A stretch of DNA of 64,000 nt. Origin: a virus. The translations under genes were made by a program, and so were the position numbers. The notes beneath the pieces were generated by a model. That model ran no database searches. It was not told the DNA's origin and saw only the letters and a program-made list of their open reading frames with translations. The stretch spans positions 1 through 64,000 of the IMG/VR virus record IMGVR_UViG_3300027749_000051; one strand, written 5' to 3'. Positions 20,948 through 30,772 of this stretch are shown one piece after another (positions within the stretch are counted from its first letter, which is position 1; each line of letters starts with the position of its first letter).

Positions 20948-21169
20948 ATGGCAATAAAAACAATAATAAACGGTATCACGGGTCAGTCGCCATATAATAT
21001 TTATGTCTGTCAACCAAACGGGTCTGGATGTTATTTTATTGCGACAACAAGTGTAATACCTTATCAATTTGATGTACCACCACCGGGTAATACTTCATCT
21101 GCATATATGTTAAAAGTTATTGATGCGAATAATTGTACCATAACAGGAGTTACCAGTGTGGTATCATAA
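20948..21169 (+). CDS. Small beta-rich structural protein; paralog of 14020-14226
   Basis: See 14020. Confidence 0.6.
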   Translation: MAIKTIINGITGQSPYNIYVCQPNGSGCYFIATTSVIPYQFDVPPPGNTSSAYMLKVIDANNCTITGVTSVVS

Positions 21170-21189
21170 TAATTAAATAATCATAAATA

Positions 21190-23310
21190 ATGCCAGTTAC
21201 ATCTCCGACACCAACGCCAACGATTACTAATACTCCAAGTACCACACCAATTATTTGTGGTAGTGGTGCAACGACTGGTAATTATTATTATTCAGATTGT
21301 TGTGGTAATTTCATTCAAGGAATATCAGGAGCATCGATTAATGTTATTTATGATTATACAAAACCATCTAATGGTATTGCCCGATTAAATATACCTGTTG
21401 CAACAAATTGCCCAACTCCAACATCTACTCCAACACCAACAATAACTCCAACAAATACTATTACGCCAACAATAACTCCAACAAGTACATTAACACCTAC
21501 TCCGACATCGACGCCTACTTCAACACCAACTGCGAGCGGAGTTTATGGATTAAAAAATGAATGTGAAGTTTTCACATTATTTGACATGGGAATTTCGTGT
21601 AATCCGTTACTTCTACCCTCAACCGCCACATCAACAGATGGTATATTATCAATAAATGTAACGGGAGGAACCTCACCATATTCTTATTATTGGGCAGGAG
21701 GACAAAGATCACAAACATTAATCGGAGTTCCTGCAGGTTATTATGAGGTTACGGTTGTCGATTATTATGGAGACTATACCGCAAATACTGTCTGTAGTTT
21801 AGTTATACCAACGCCTACTCCAACAACAACGACAACACCAACTATGACTCCAACACCATCTGCAGTTTATCCTCAACTTTGTCTAATTGCCGTTAGTTCA
21901 CAATCAACAGTTGGTCCGACACAATTTACATATGTTGGAGTTTCTAATGGAAAACCAGCTTGGCAATATAATTCAACTCTATATATTGTATGGTCTCTAT
22001 CTAAGAGTCGATGGGAAATTCTAACATCAGATATGGTTACACCATATATTATTCCTGGTGGTGGTATTTTGGCTAGTACTACAACAAACTCTATTCCTGA
22101 TGCGGGATGGGCAGCAATTGGTGGAACACAAACTTATGCCGTAACTATGACTCAAGGAACATGCCCAGCCCAAATACCTTTACAGGTAATACTTAGTTCA
22201 GAAAATACCACTTGTAATTCACAAACTAATTGTAATGGAAGTATTACCGTTACATCACTTTATGGAGTTGCCCCTTATAGGTATTCTATTAATGGTGGTG
22301 TTACATATCAAACTTCAAATATTTTTGAGGGATTATGTCCAAATACTTATAGCGTGATAACACAAGATAGTAGTCTAACAACTCAAACAAATTCAATTTC
22401 AGTTGGATTTAATAGTGCTCCTGTAACATATCAATTACAATTACAAGCCATACCAGCAGAAACTGTTACAGTTAATAATCCAAATTATTCTTCTAATAAA
22501 ACGGTCTTACAAGTTATTTCAACACCAGCATTACCTGCGGGAGTGACAATAAACTTTGATTTATCAACTTCAATTATTAAAACATATAATGGACCGGGAA
22601 CAGGATCGGTAAATTATGTTCTGAATGTTAACCAAGCGGGAGTACCTCAATCACCAACAACAACTACAACACCTATTACACAAACAAGTACACGACCTTA
22701 TTGTAGTCCTGAAGAAACAACAACAGTTAATGAGACTGATACATATAGTTTACAACTAAGTAGTGTTTCACCAGTAATATTGACTGGTACAACAGTTCTT
22801 ATTATAACAGACGGACAAATTTCAACAAATAGTTGTGTGACTAACTTAACCGAAACTATATATGGACAATTTACAAATGTGTTTATAAATGGATGTAATT
22901 GTTGTAGTGTAGTTCCTGATACTTCAAACAATCAACTTAACTATAATACATTAAATTATAACTCAAGTGCACCAATAATACCAGTACCTGTTCCAGGTGT
23001 GTATTCAGTTAACTGGTCGTTTACAAGTGGTGGATCTAAAGATTCGTTTGAACTATTAAAAAATAATGTTTCAGTAGTTGGTCCTAGAAGCTTAAGTGGG
23101 TCAGGTTCATTTGCAGGATGGACATCAAGTGATTCTATTAAAGTGATACAATATATCGATCCTGAGGGATCACTTACAAATTCAGATTTATCATTGACAA
23201 TGGGAAGTACTCCTTATATTAGTAATGTTCAATTACCTGATAGTGATACATCTTTAATTGGCCCTATTTTTATGGAAGGTGATGTTACAATCTACGGGAC
23301 AACTTATTAA
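21190..23310 (+). CDS. Virion-type protein with Pro/Thr linkers and two SprB-like repeats
   Basis: DGILSINVTGGTSPYSYYW...GVPAGYYEVTVVD and NGSITVTSLYGVAPYRYSING...GLCPNTYSVITQD. Confidence 0.65.
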   Translation: MPVTSPTPTPTITNTPSTTPIICGSGATTGNYYYSDCCGNFIQGISGASINVIYDYTKPSNGIARLNIPVATNCPTPTSTPTPTITPTNTITPTITPTSTLTPTPTSTPTSTPTASGVYGLKNECEVFTLFDMGISCNPLLLPSTATSTDGILSINVTGGTSPYSYYWAGGQRSQTLIGVPAGYYEVTVVDYYGDYTANTVCSLVIPTPTPTTTTTPTMTPTPSAVYPQLCLIAVSSQSTVGPTQFTYVGVSNGKPAWQYNSTLYIVWSLSKSRWEILTSDMVTPYIIPGGGILASTTTNSIPDAGWAAIGGTQTYAVTMTQGTCPAQIPLQVILSSENTTCNSQTNCNGSITVTSLYGVAPYRYSINGGVTYQTSNIFEGLCPNTYSVITQDSSLTTQTNSISVGFNSAPVTYQLQLQAIPAETVTVNNPNYSSNKTVLQVISTPALPAGVTINFDLSTSIIKTYNGPGTGSVNYVLNVNQAGVPQSPTTTTTPITQTSTRPYCSPEETTTVNETDTYSLQLSSVSPVILTGTTVLIITDGQISTNSCVTNLTETIYGQFTNVFINGCNCCSVVPDTSNNQLNYNTLNYNSSAPIIPVPVPGVYSVNWSFTSGGSKDSFELLKNNVSVVGPRSLSGSGSFAGWTSSDSIKVIQYIDPEGSLTNSDLSLTMGSTPYISNVQLPDSDTSLIGPIFMEGDVTIYGTTY

Positions 23311-23337
23311 AATTAAAAAATAAAAGAAAAGGGAGAA

Positions 23338-23344
23338 TATTTAT
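23338..23344 (+). promoter_or_regulatory. TATTTAT putative late promoter
   Basis: Ends 6 nt before ATG 23351. Confidence 0.55.
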
Positions 23345-23350
23345 CAAGAT

Positions 23351-25594
23351 ATGGCTTATATAATAAAAAATACTGCTGGGTTAATTAACACAAGACTTAC
23401 AGATGTTGGAAGAAGATATCTGTCTGAGGGTAACTTTAATATATCCTATTTCCAAGTTGGAGATAGTGAAGTAAGTTATACTGCGGTACCAAACTATAAT
23501 CAAACGAATAACAATATTTTAATGCCTGCGTTTAATGCTCAGAATGACTCAGGATCGCCACAATCGAATAAAGAAAATATTAAATATCCATATTATGTTG
23601 CGGGAAATGCTGGTAACACTTATGGTATACCTTTTATGAATAGTGATATTCAACCCGTCTATAATGCTGCAGGACCTAAAGGATTTTTTGTTACAGGTGG
23701 TACACAGGGAAATTGGGTTGCTCAAACAAGCTCGGCATATACAATAACATCAAACTACCAAGTGGATATGACAGACCTATCAGGTCAGACTAATATTGAT
23801 ATTACTTTAGATTTTTGTTCAACAACAACAGGGACTCCATCAATTGGAGATTTTGTTACAATAATTTATGATGGAAATGGTGGATGTGGTGATATTTCCA
23901 CATTTCCTGTGTTAACATATAAATTACAAGGACTTAGTCCGTCAACAGGAACAACAGCAACAACCTTTACAATAACTTTAGATAGACCTGTTCCTGATTA
24001 TACAGGATTGGTTACCGCAGGAGAGATGGGTCGTGTTCTGATTTATCCATCAGGTATGACTGTCTTATATGACTTTATAACACCGGCACCTTATTGGCAA
24101 ACAGACACCTTAAACTTTGAGTCACCATGTGATGTGACAAATCGTGAGAATACTTTAATTTGGAATATGAACATACCTTGGACTGAGAATCCTGCGGGTG
24201 TTTATAGTAGTACATATGAAGATTACACACAATATGGGTCAGTAAGTTACATAGGGACAAAAGAATATTTGGGTTATAATGAACCATCAGGTCAAACATT
24301 TTATGTTAGCGCTACGAAACCTGCTGAGGTGACGGACACATATTATTATAATTCTTTTGACGAAACGGTAAAAGTTTATCCTAAAGAACAAAAAGCCATT
24401 GCGATTATCCATTATACGAATCAAGATATTGATAATGTATATGGAGAAAAATTCTCAACACAACCTTATGATCCACAAAATCCAACAGACGATATTGGAT
24501 TGGCGAGACATTTCAAATTGACAATACCAACATTAATGTGGCATAAGTCAACGGGTACAAGTATAGGTGAGACCTTTTGGATTGATCCTCCTGGATATGA
24601 TTTATGTTATCCCGCCTACATTAAGTCGACCAAGAATATTGATATGAATGATCCTGGTATCAGGTATTTCCATTTATGGGATACTAATACTGATGATAAT
24701 GGAAACTTAAATAGAATCGGAAAAGTTTTTCCTGATCAACAAACTGTTATTATCGATGATGAAGAGGTTATTGCGGCACTTTCATATAAGGCAAATAGAA
24801 ACTGGACATTACCAGCGCCTAAGTTATCATTATTAACACCAAATGCTTGTTTTAGTAATAACTCAACGGCAACAGGTGTATTTACAGATCCAAGTCAGAA
24901 AATGTATATGACTTATAGGTTTGATTCAACAGGGTTCACAAATTCTTTACATTGTAATTACTATTCAACTATTTCTGCCACCTCAACAGTGACGGGAGAT
25001 AGTCAGAATGTTGCGGTAAGATTTGGTCCTGAATTTGGATTTTTAAATCAACCATCAGGATCTTTAACGGTCTCTGATTTAAGTGGATATACCGCAAACT
25101 CAATAAAACTTTTATGTCAAATTGTTACAGGAGACACAAGACCAAGTTCAACAGCTTGGAAAGAAATTGATGTAACATCCGAAATAAGCGGAAGCTCCAT
25201 AAATGGTTATTTAACTATGAGTGGTTTAACGGGAACAACTTTCCAAATTGATCAAGACTCATATAATAACGCAACCAGTTATAATTTAGGCCCTATCTTA
25301 GATTTACCATTAAATGGTCAGTCAACTCAATTAAATTTCGGGGAAGAATTTTATTTTTATGGAATGTTGGATACTGACATTAGTGCCACCATCTATGAGA
25401 TGAAGTATCTTATTAATCTTGGTAGAAATCAATTTTCTAATACATCCAACCCTACTTGGACTTCGGGAACGACCTCATATGTAACAGAAATAGGGTTGTA
25501 CAATACCCAAAAGGATTTATTACTTATCTCAAAGTTACAATCTCCAGAGTTACGGCAGGGGATTCAACAGTATGTGATAAAGTATGACTGGTAA
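23351..25594 (+). CDS. Conserved large-phage structural (baseplate/tail-like) protein
   Basis: TRLTDVGRRYL...YFQVGDSEVSY N-terminus and YVTEIGLYN..DLLLISKL C-terminus, typical of jumbo-phage baseplate-region proteins. Confidence 0.5.
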   Translation: MAYIIKNTAGLINTRLTDVGRRYLSEGNFNISYFQVGDSEVSYTAVPNYNQTNNNILMPAFNAQNDSGSPQSNKENIKYPYYVAGNAGNTYGIPFMNSDIQPVYNAAGPKGFFVTGGTQGNWVAQTSSAYTITSNYQVDMTDLSGQTNIDITLDFCSTTTGTPSIGDFVTIIYDGNGGCGDISTFPVLTYKLQGLSPSTGTTATTFTITLDRPVPDYTGLVTAGEMGRVLIYPSGMTVLYDFITPAPYWQTDTLNFESPCDVTNRENTLIWNMNIPWTENPAGVYSSTYEDYTQYGSVSYIGTKEYLGYNEPSGQTFYVSATKPAEVTDTYYYNSFDETVKVYPKEQKAIAIIHYTNQDIDNVYGEKFSTQPYDPQNPTDDIGLARHFKLTIPTLMWHKSTGTSIGETFWIDPPGYDLCYPAYIKSTKNIDMNDPGIRYFHLWDTNTDDNGNLNRIGKVFPDQQTVIIDDEEVIAALSYKANRNWTLPAPKLSLLTPNACFSNNSTATGVFTDPSQKMYMTYRFDSTGFTNSLHCNYYSTISATSTVTGDSQNVAVRFGPEFGFLNQPSGSLTVSDLSGYTANSIKLLCQIVTGDTRPSSTAWKEIDVTSEISGSSINGYLTMSGLTGTTFQIDQDSYNNATSYNLGPILDLPLNGQSTQLNFGEEFYFYGMLDTDISATIYEMKYLINLGRNQFSNTSNPTWTSGTTSYVTEIGLYNTQKDLLLISKLQSPELRQGIQQYVIKYDW

Positions 25595-26459
25595 AATGGA
25601 AACCAAAAAATGTAGTAAATGTGGGCAAGTAAAAGATGTATACTTTTTTTCCAAAAATAATAAAACTAAAGATAAGTTACATTGTTCCTGTAAGGAATGC
25701 GACAAAGAAAAATACTTTAAAAATAGAGAACATAATATTGATCGTATGAGGGAATATAAGAAAAATAATCCCGAAAAATTAAAAGAATATTATTTAGATC
25801 ATCAAGAGAACTACAAACAATATAGAGAAAGTAAGAAAGATGTTATGAAAGTTTATTTGAAGAATTATTATCAAAATAACCTTGAAAAAAGAAAAGAATA
25901 TTTAGACACAACCAAAGAAGAAAGAAAATTAAGGAGAAAGGGATATAATGAGAAAAATTCGGAAATAATAAAGGAAAAAAGAAAAGAATACTACGATAAA
26001 AACAAAGAAAAACTGTCAATTTATAATAAAGAATATAGAAAGAATAATATTGAAAAAGAAATAGATAGATATAAGAAATTTTATGAAAAAAATAGAGAAG
26101 ATCTAATTCGTAAATCTGTTGAAAGTTCATTAAAAAAAAGAAGAGAAATACCAATTGAAAGATTAAAACATAATGTTAGAAATAGGACTAGGGAAATCTT
26201 TAAATATTTTAACACAGAAAAAAAAGATAAAACATTTGAAATAGTTGGATGCTCACCTCAATACTTAAGATTATTTTTAGGACAAAAATTCACTGAAGGG
26301 ATGTCTTGGGATAATCAAGGGAAATGGCATATAGACCATATAATACCATTAGCAAGTGCAAAATCGGAAGAAGAACTTTACAAATTATGCCATTTTACTA
26401 ATTTACAACCAATGTGGGCTGTAGATAATATAAAAAAAGGCTCTAAAATACTACAATGA
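25584..26459 (+). CDS. Freestanding HNH homing endonuclease
   Basis: N-terminal CSKC...CKEC zinc ribbon; K/E-rich helical linker; WHIDHIIPL...HFTNLQPMWAVDNIKKG. Overlaps both neighbours. Confidence 0.85.
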   Translation: MTGKMETKKCSKCGQVKDVYFFSKNNKTKDKLHCSCKECDKEKYFKNREHNIDRMREYKKNNPEKLKEYYLDHQENYKQYRESKKDVMKVYLKNYYQNNLEKRKEYLDTTKEERKLRRKGYNEKNSEIIKEKRKEYYDKNKEKLSIYNKEYRKNNIEKEIDRYKKFYEKNREDLIRKSVESSLKKRREIPIERLKHNVRNRTREIFKYFNTEKKDKTFEIVGCSPQYLRLFLGQKFTEGMSWDNQGKWHIDHIIPLASAKSEEELYKLCHFTNLQPMWAVDNIKKGSKILQ

Positions 26460-27058
26460 GTAAAAATATAAGAAAAGATTCGCCTAAGATATTAGGACTA
26501 GATGTATCGACCAAAGTTATTGGAGTTGCATTATTTGACATTCAAACAAAAAATCTATTAGAATTAACTCACGTCTCCCCGGTCTCTAAAGTAAAGGTGG
26601 AGAGTAAAATTGAAGAACTTATTCTTAAGAGTCAGATCTTTAGAAAGAAACTTGAAGAGTATGTTAATTTTGGGATTACTTATGTGGTTATTGAAGAACC
26701 CCTCCTCAACTCTAATAATGTTTATACTGTTGGTACTTTATTAAGATTTAACACTCTTATTTGTAAAGAAGTTTATGATGTGTTGGGTGTTATTCCAGAA
26801 TTCATTTCAACTTATAACTCAAGAAAGTTTGCATTTCCACAATTAGTTCAAAAGAACGATAAGGATAAGTTTGTATTATTTGGTGGATTACCAAAGGATA
26901 TAGATAAGAAAGTTATGATATGGGAGCAGGTTGCCAAACTGGAGCCCCAAGTTATGTGGCAATATACGAAGAACAATACCCTTAAAAAAGAAAATTTCGA
27001 TCAGACTGATGCTTATACTTGTGCATTAGGGTTCTTGAAGATGAAAGAAATTTGGTAA
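26456..27058 (+). CDS. ruvC: RuvC-like Holliday junction resolvase
   Basis: ILGLDVST; VVIEEP; DQTDAY acidic catalytic set. Confidence 0.75.
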   Translation: MSKNIRKDSPKILGLDVSTKVIGVALFDIQTKNLLELTHVSPVSKVKVESKIEELILKSQIFRKKLEEYVNFGITYVVIEEPLLNSNNVYTVGTLLRFNTLICKEVYDVLGVIPEFISTYNSRKFAFPQLVQKNDKDKFVLFGGLPKDIDKKVMIWEQVAKLEPQVMWQYTKNNTLKKENFDQTDAYTCALGFLKMKEIW

Positions 27059-27082
27059 TTCAAATTTTTATTCGTATCTTTG
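27051..27082 (+). promoter_or_regulatory. Bacteroidota-type -33/-7 promoter
   Basis: TTTG-N20-TATCTTTG ending 4 nt before ATG 27087. Confidence 0.75.
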
Positions 27083-27086
27083 CTTT

Positions 27087-27455
27087 ATGGGAAGGTATGT
27101 AATTCGAGATAATCATTGGAAATCGGTTAAAAAGTGTTTATTAACATTCAACGAAATTAGTGTAAATACTTATGACGTTGTGGGAAAGGTACGCATTTTA
27201 AATTATCGTAAATACGAAGATCGTAATGAGGTTGATATTTCCTTTATTGGTAAGATTCGGACTTCTTTAAGGAATGATGAAGAACTTTATGGTCCCAACA
27301 TTACAATGGATCCTAGATTATCAATATGTATGGCACATAGTTATATCGTCTCACAAGTATTTTCTTCTGTGAAAGGTAGGATGTCATATTTTTCTGTAGA
27401 TCTTGATCTTCCATGTCGTATTACAAAGATTAAATGGGAGTCTGATGGTGAATAA
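27087..27455 (+). CDS. Hypothetical protein, tandem paralog 1
   Basis: RYVIRDNHWKSVKKCL...GKVRILNYRKY...RMSYFSVDL...KIKWESD shared with 27479. Confidence 0.7.
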   Translation: MGRYVIRDNHWKSVKKCLLTFNEISVNTYDVVGKVRILNYRKYEDRNEVDISFIGKIRTSLRNDEELYGPNITMDPRLSICMAHSYIVSQVFSSVKGRMSYFSVDLDLPCRITKIKWESDGE

Positions 27456-27478
27456 TCAAAATAAACTATTATTGTAAG

Positions 27479-27853
27479 ATGACAAGATATGTAATTCAGG
27501 ATCAACATTGGAGATCGGTTAAAAAATGTCTATCAAAGTTTGGGGAGATTGATGTGTCGACTAATTTTGTTCAAGGAAAGGTTCGGATTTTGAACTACAG
27601 AAAATATAAGGGAAGGGCTGAAGTTGATGTATTATTTACGGGTAAGGTTAAAGTGCGTTATCCTATAAACTCGGGATTTTGTGATAGTTCTATATTAAAT
27701 CATCCTGGCATTTCAAAGACAAGAGTGAATCATATTTTGAGAAATTATCTATTTCCTGAGATAAAACATAGAATGTCTTATTTCTCTGTGGATCTTAATT
27801 ATTCAGGTCATATAAAAAAAATAAAATGGGAATCCGATGCAACAAGAGACTGA
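27479..27853 (+). CDS. Hypothetical protein, tandem paralog 2
   Basis: Same motifs as 27087. Confidence 0.7.
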   Translation: MTRYVIQDQHWRSVKKCLSKFGEIDVSTNFVQGKVRILNYRKYKGRAEVDVLFTGKVKVRYPINSGFCDSSILNHPGISKTRVNHILRNYLFPEIKHRMSYFSVDLNYSGHIKKIKWESDATRD

Positions 27854-28760
27854 AGTTGAAGTATTAGTTGATTTATTGACCGATTTTTTGGGTAAACCTC
27901 ATGCCCATTATGAGTCAAAGTTTCAAATATCGTTTGATTGCCCTTGCTGTTCTGATGAAAAGGGGTTAGATGGTGGTGATGGTAAGGGAAACCTTGAGAT
28001 CAACTATGGGAAGCATGTGTACAAATGTTGGGTATGTGGGGAATCAGAAGGGACACACGGACCTTTGGGTAAGTTATTTGATAAGTACGCCACCAAAAAA
28101 CAGAAGAAGGTATATAACCTTATTAAACCTGAGGAACTTAAACAGGAGGAAGCCAAAAAGACAATCTTGAGATTACCTGAGGGTTATACAACCTTTAAAG
28201 ATTCCAACGCCAGGTTTATCCCCCACATTGAAGCCTATAGATATTTGCAATCACGAGGTATTAATGATGATATTATTGAGAAATATAAGATCGGTTATAC
28301 TGCGAGTGGTGATTTTGCATATCGTATTATTGTTCCTTCATTCGACAAGGATGGTCGTTTGAATTATTTTGTTGCTCGGGCTTGGACTCCAAGATCAAAG
28401 ATGAAATATAAGAATCCAACTGCGGAGAAAGATCAGATCATCTTTAACGAGGGGATGATTGATTGGGATAAGGACATATACCTATGTGAAGGTGTGTTTG
28501 ATTCGTTCTTCTTGGACAACTCCATTGTTATGTTGGGTAAGAGGATGAGTGATTTAATGTTTTCAACATTATATAATAATGCGAATGGAAACATTATAAT
28601 ATGTCTGGATGAAGATGCTTGGAGTGACGCTTTAAAATTGTATCATACTCTTAATGGTGGAAAGTTGTATAATAAGATAAAGATAATTAAACCTCCAAAG
28701 GATATGGATGTGGCGGATTTACGAGGACAAATAGACGATTATTACTTTGAGATAAAATAA
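27837..28760 (+). CDS. DNA primase (zinc finger plus TOPRIM)
   Basis: CPCC...CWVC zinc finger; YLQSRGI; YLCEGVFD and CLDEDA TOPRIM motifs. Confidence 0.9.
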   Translation: MQQETEVEVLVDLLTDFLGKPHAHYESKFQISFDCPCCSDEKGLDGGDGKGNLEINYGKHVYKCWVCGESEGTHGPLGKLFDKYATKKQKKVYNLIKPEELKQEEAKKTILRLPEGYTTFKDSNARFIPHIEAYRYLQSRGINDDIIEKYKIGYTASGDFAYRIIVPSFDKDGRLNYFVARAWTPRSKMKYKNPTAEKDQIIFNEGMIDWDKDIYLCEGVFDSFFLDNSIVMLGKRMSDLMFSTLYNNANGNIIICLDEDAWSDALKLYHTLNGGKLYNKIKIIKPPKDMDVADLRGQIDDYYFEIK

Positions 28761-28771
28761 ATTACTTTTTA

Positions 28772-28803
28772 TTTGGTAGCATCAAATAATGTTCTTATAT
28801 TAG
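28772..28803 (+). promoter_or_regulatory. Bacteroidota-type promoter (one mismatch)
   Basis: TTTG-N20-TATATTAG upstream of 28832. Confidence 0.55.
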
Positions 28804-28831
28804 CGCTTTATTATTAATAAAATATTATAAT

Positions 28832-29668
28832 ATGAACTTAAAAGAAACCGCACAAGAAATTAGAGAATTGATCTCAAAAAGACAAGAAGAAATTGGGCTT
28901 ACCTTTGTTGAGGAAAACCATATCTATACTATGAACGGAAAGAATGATTATCCTTCAGTATCTGGTGTGTTGAAAAAGTTTTTCAGGGCATTTCCATCTG
29001 TTGAAGCTGCTTATAACAAAGCGGGAGGCAATCCAGAGAAACAACAACAATTGTTGGAAGAGTGGGCTGCCGCTGGTACTTATGCCACCAATATGGGTAG
29101 TCGAGTACATTACTTCTTAGAGAAAGATGTTATTGAAAGAAATGGTGAGTATAAAGAAGTAAGACAACCTATCTTTGAATGTGACGCATCTCAAATACTA
29201 AAGGCTGATGGAATGATTAAGGGTGGAAAGAAATATCTTGATCTAATGGAAGCGCGGGGAGCTGTTCTTTTGGATACTGAAATTGTTATGGGAGACCCTG
29301 AATTGGGATACACTGGCGCCCCTGATAAAGTTTGGTTGATGGAAAATAAGGACAAGACCGAGTTTGGAATTGTAATTACTGACTGGAAGACAAACAAAAA
29401 GAAGAACTTCCAACAGAGTGAGTTTACTGAACGGATGTATCTTCCATTCCAAAAATATCCAAATAATGCCTTGGGTCACTATTATGTTCAACTACCTCTT
29501 TATGGCAAGTTGCTTCTTAAGATGTTAGAAGGGACAAAATACGAGAATGTTAAACTTTATGGATGTGTTGTAACACATTTAAATGGTGATGGAGAATTTG
29601 AGGAGTATAGAGTTCCTGGTGAAGTTGTTTCGACAGTTCTTGATATGAATATGAAAGATTATTTGTGA
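28832..29668 (+). CDS. PD-(D/E)XK exonuclease (RecB/Cas4-like superfamily)
   Basis: GSRVHYFLE; GAPDKV; ITDWKT; YYVQLPLY. Confidence 0.8.
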   Translation: MNLKETAQEIRELISKRQEEIGLTFVEENHIYTMNGKNDYPSVSGVLKKFFRAFPSVEAAYNKAGGNPEKQQQLLEEWAAAGTYATNMGSRVHYFLEKDVIERNGEYKEVRQPIFECDASQILKADGMIKGGKKYLDLMEARGAVLLDTEIVMGDPELGYTGAPDKVWLMENKDKTEFGIVITDWKTNKKKNFQQSEFTERMYLPFQKYPNNALGHYYVQLPLYGKLLLKMLEGTKYENVKLYGCVVTHLNGDGEFEEYRVPGEVVSTVLDMNMKDYL

Positions 29669-30555
29669 TGTCAAAAGTTAATGAGTTAAGAGAGAAATAT
29701 AAAAGTGTTAGACCAAGTACATTTGATGTATTTGTGAAGGGAGATACTACACCCACTAAAAAATATCTTGAATTCTTATTAAAAAAATGGGTGGAGAAAC
29801 AACAGAATTCATATCCAATAACATCCAAGTCATTAATTGATACTGTTAATAAGTTTGATGATCTATTACCTTACATTGAAAACAAAGACATTTATTCAAG
29901 TGAGTATAATAAGATTGAAACTTTATTGGTGACCATCATTAATGCCACAAAACTCAAAGAAGAGAAAACATTCGTTAGAGAGGAGCACGTCAATGTAATC
30001 CTTGAGACGGATGATTATCTCTTTGTTAATCCAAAGACATTAAGAGGGTCGTTAAAATATGGTGCAAACACAAAATGGTGTACCGCATCGAAGAATGAGC
30101 CAGGGAGCTTTAAATCTTATAGTGATAAAGGTATTATTGCATATTTGATAAAAAAGAACGATGAGAAAGATAATAACTTAAGTAAAATCGCTTTTTATTT
30201 TGACATCTACTTTGATCCATTGGATCATCTTCTTCAGATTTATAATACTCAAGATATTCGTATTAATCTTATGAATATGGTTGATGGTGGATGGGATGAA
30301 GACGATATATTTGAAGTTAGTACTGTATTTCGTCTTTTTTGTCTAAAGATGAAAAGGAAAAAAGAAAATAGAAAATATGTGGACTCATTTTTACAAACTC
30401 TGAAAAGATTAGACTTCGATAGACTCCAATTAAGTATTAAAAATCTTGATGATGGGGGAGAAATTTCTTATATTTCTGAAGTAAAAGAATCAGTGAATAA
30501 TTTTCTTAATACAATTAAAATTAAAACAAATGCAATTAGAGAAACCAAAGATTAA
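29668..30555 (+). CDS. WCT-motif (PcfJ-like) domain protein, paralog 1
   Basis: KKYLEFL...NKF...KDIY; YLFVNPKT..SLKYGANTKWCTA shared with 49440 and 61313. Confidence 0.55.
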   Translation: MSKVNELREKYKSVRPSTFDVFVKGDTTPTKKYLEFLLKKWVEKQQNSYPITSKSLIDTVNKFDDLLPYIENKDIYSSEYNKIETLLVTIINATKLKEEKTFVREEHVNVILETDDYLFVNPKTLRGSLKYGANTKWCTASKNEPGSFKSYSDKGIIAYLIKKNDEKDNNLSKIAFYFDIYFDPLDHLLQIYNTQDIRINLMNMVDGGWDEDDIFEVSTVFRLFCLKMKRKKENRKYVDSFLQTLKRLDFDRLQLSIKNLDDGGEISYISEVKESVNNFLNTIKIKTNAIRETKD

Positions 30556-30772
30556 TTTAAAGGATTGTAAAACAATCAAATGTGAAAAATGTGATGGTAT
30601 CTATTTCAGAGAAGTTATTTATCTGAAAAAAGTATCTAAACTAATGACGGGGTCTTTAGAGGACACAACAGTGCCGTTCCCAATTTATAAATGTGATGAA
30701 TGTGGTCACGTTAATAAAGAGTTTAATCCGTTTGAAGAAGACGAGAATACCAAAGAAATTATTACCGAGTAA
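30530..30772 (+). CDS. Small zinc-ribbon protein
   Basis: CEKC...CDECG. Confidence 0.65.
   Translation: MQLEKPKINLKDCKTIKCEKCDGIYFREVIYLKKVSKLMTGSLEDTTVPFPIYKCDECGHVNKEFNPFEEDENTKEIITE

Noticed and set aside
11200-23310. Diversity-generating retroelement acting on the lectin genes
   Set aside because: No reverse transcriptase and no template/variable repeat pair differing at adenines was seen.
28832-29668. Cas4-like nuclease suggesting a CRISPR system
   Set aside because: No array or other cas gene seen; all repeats found are coding or paired. It sits in a replication operon.
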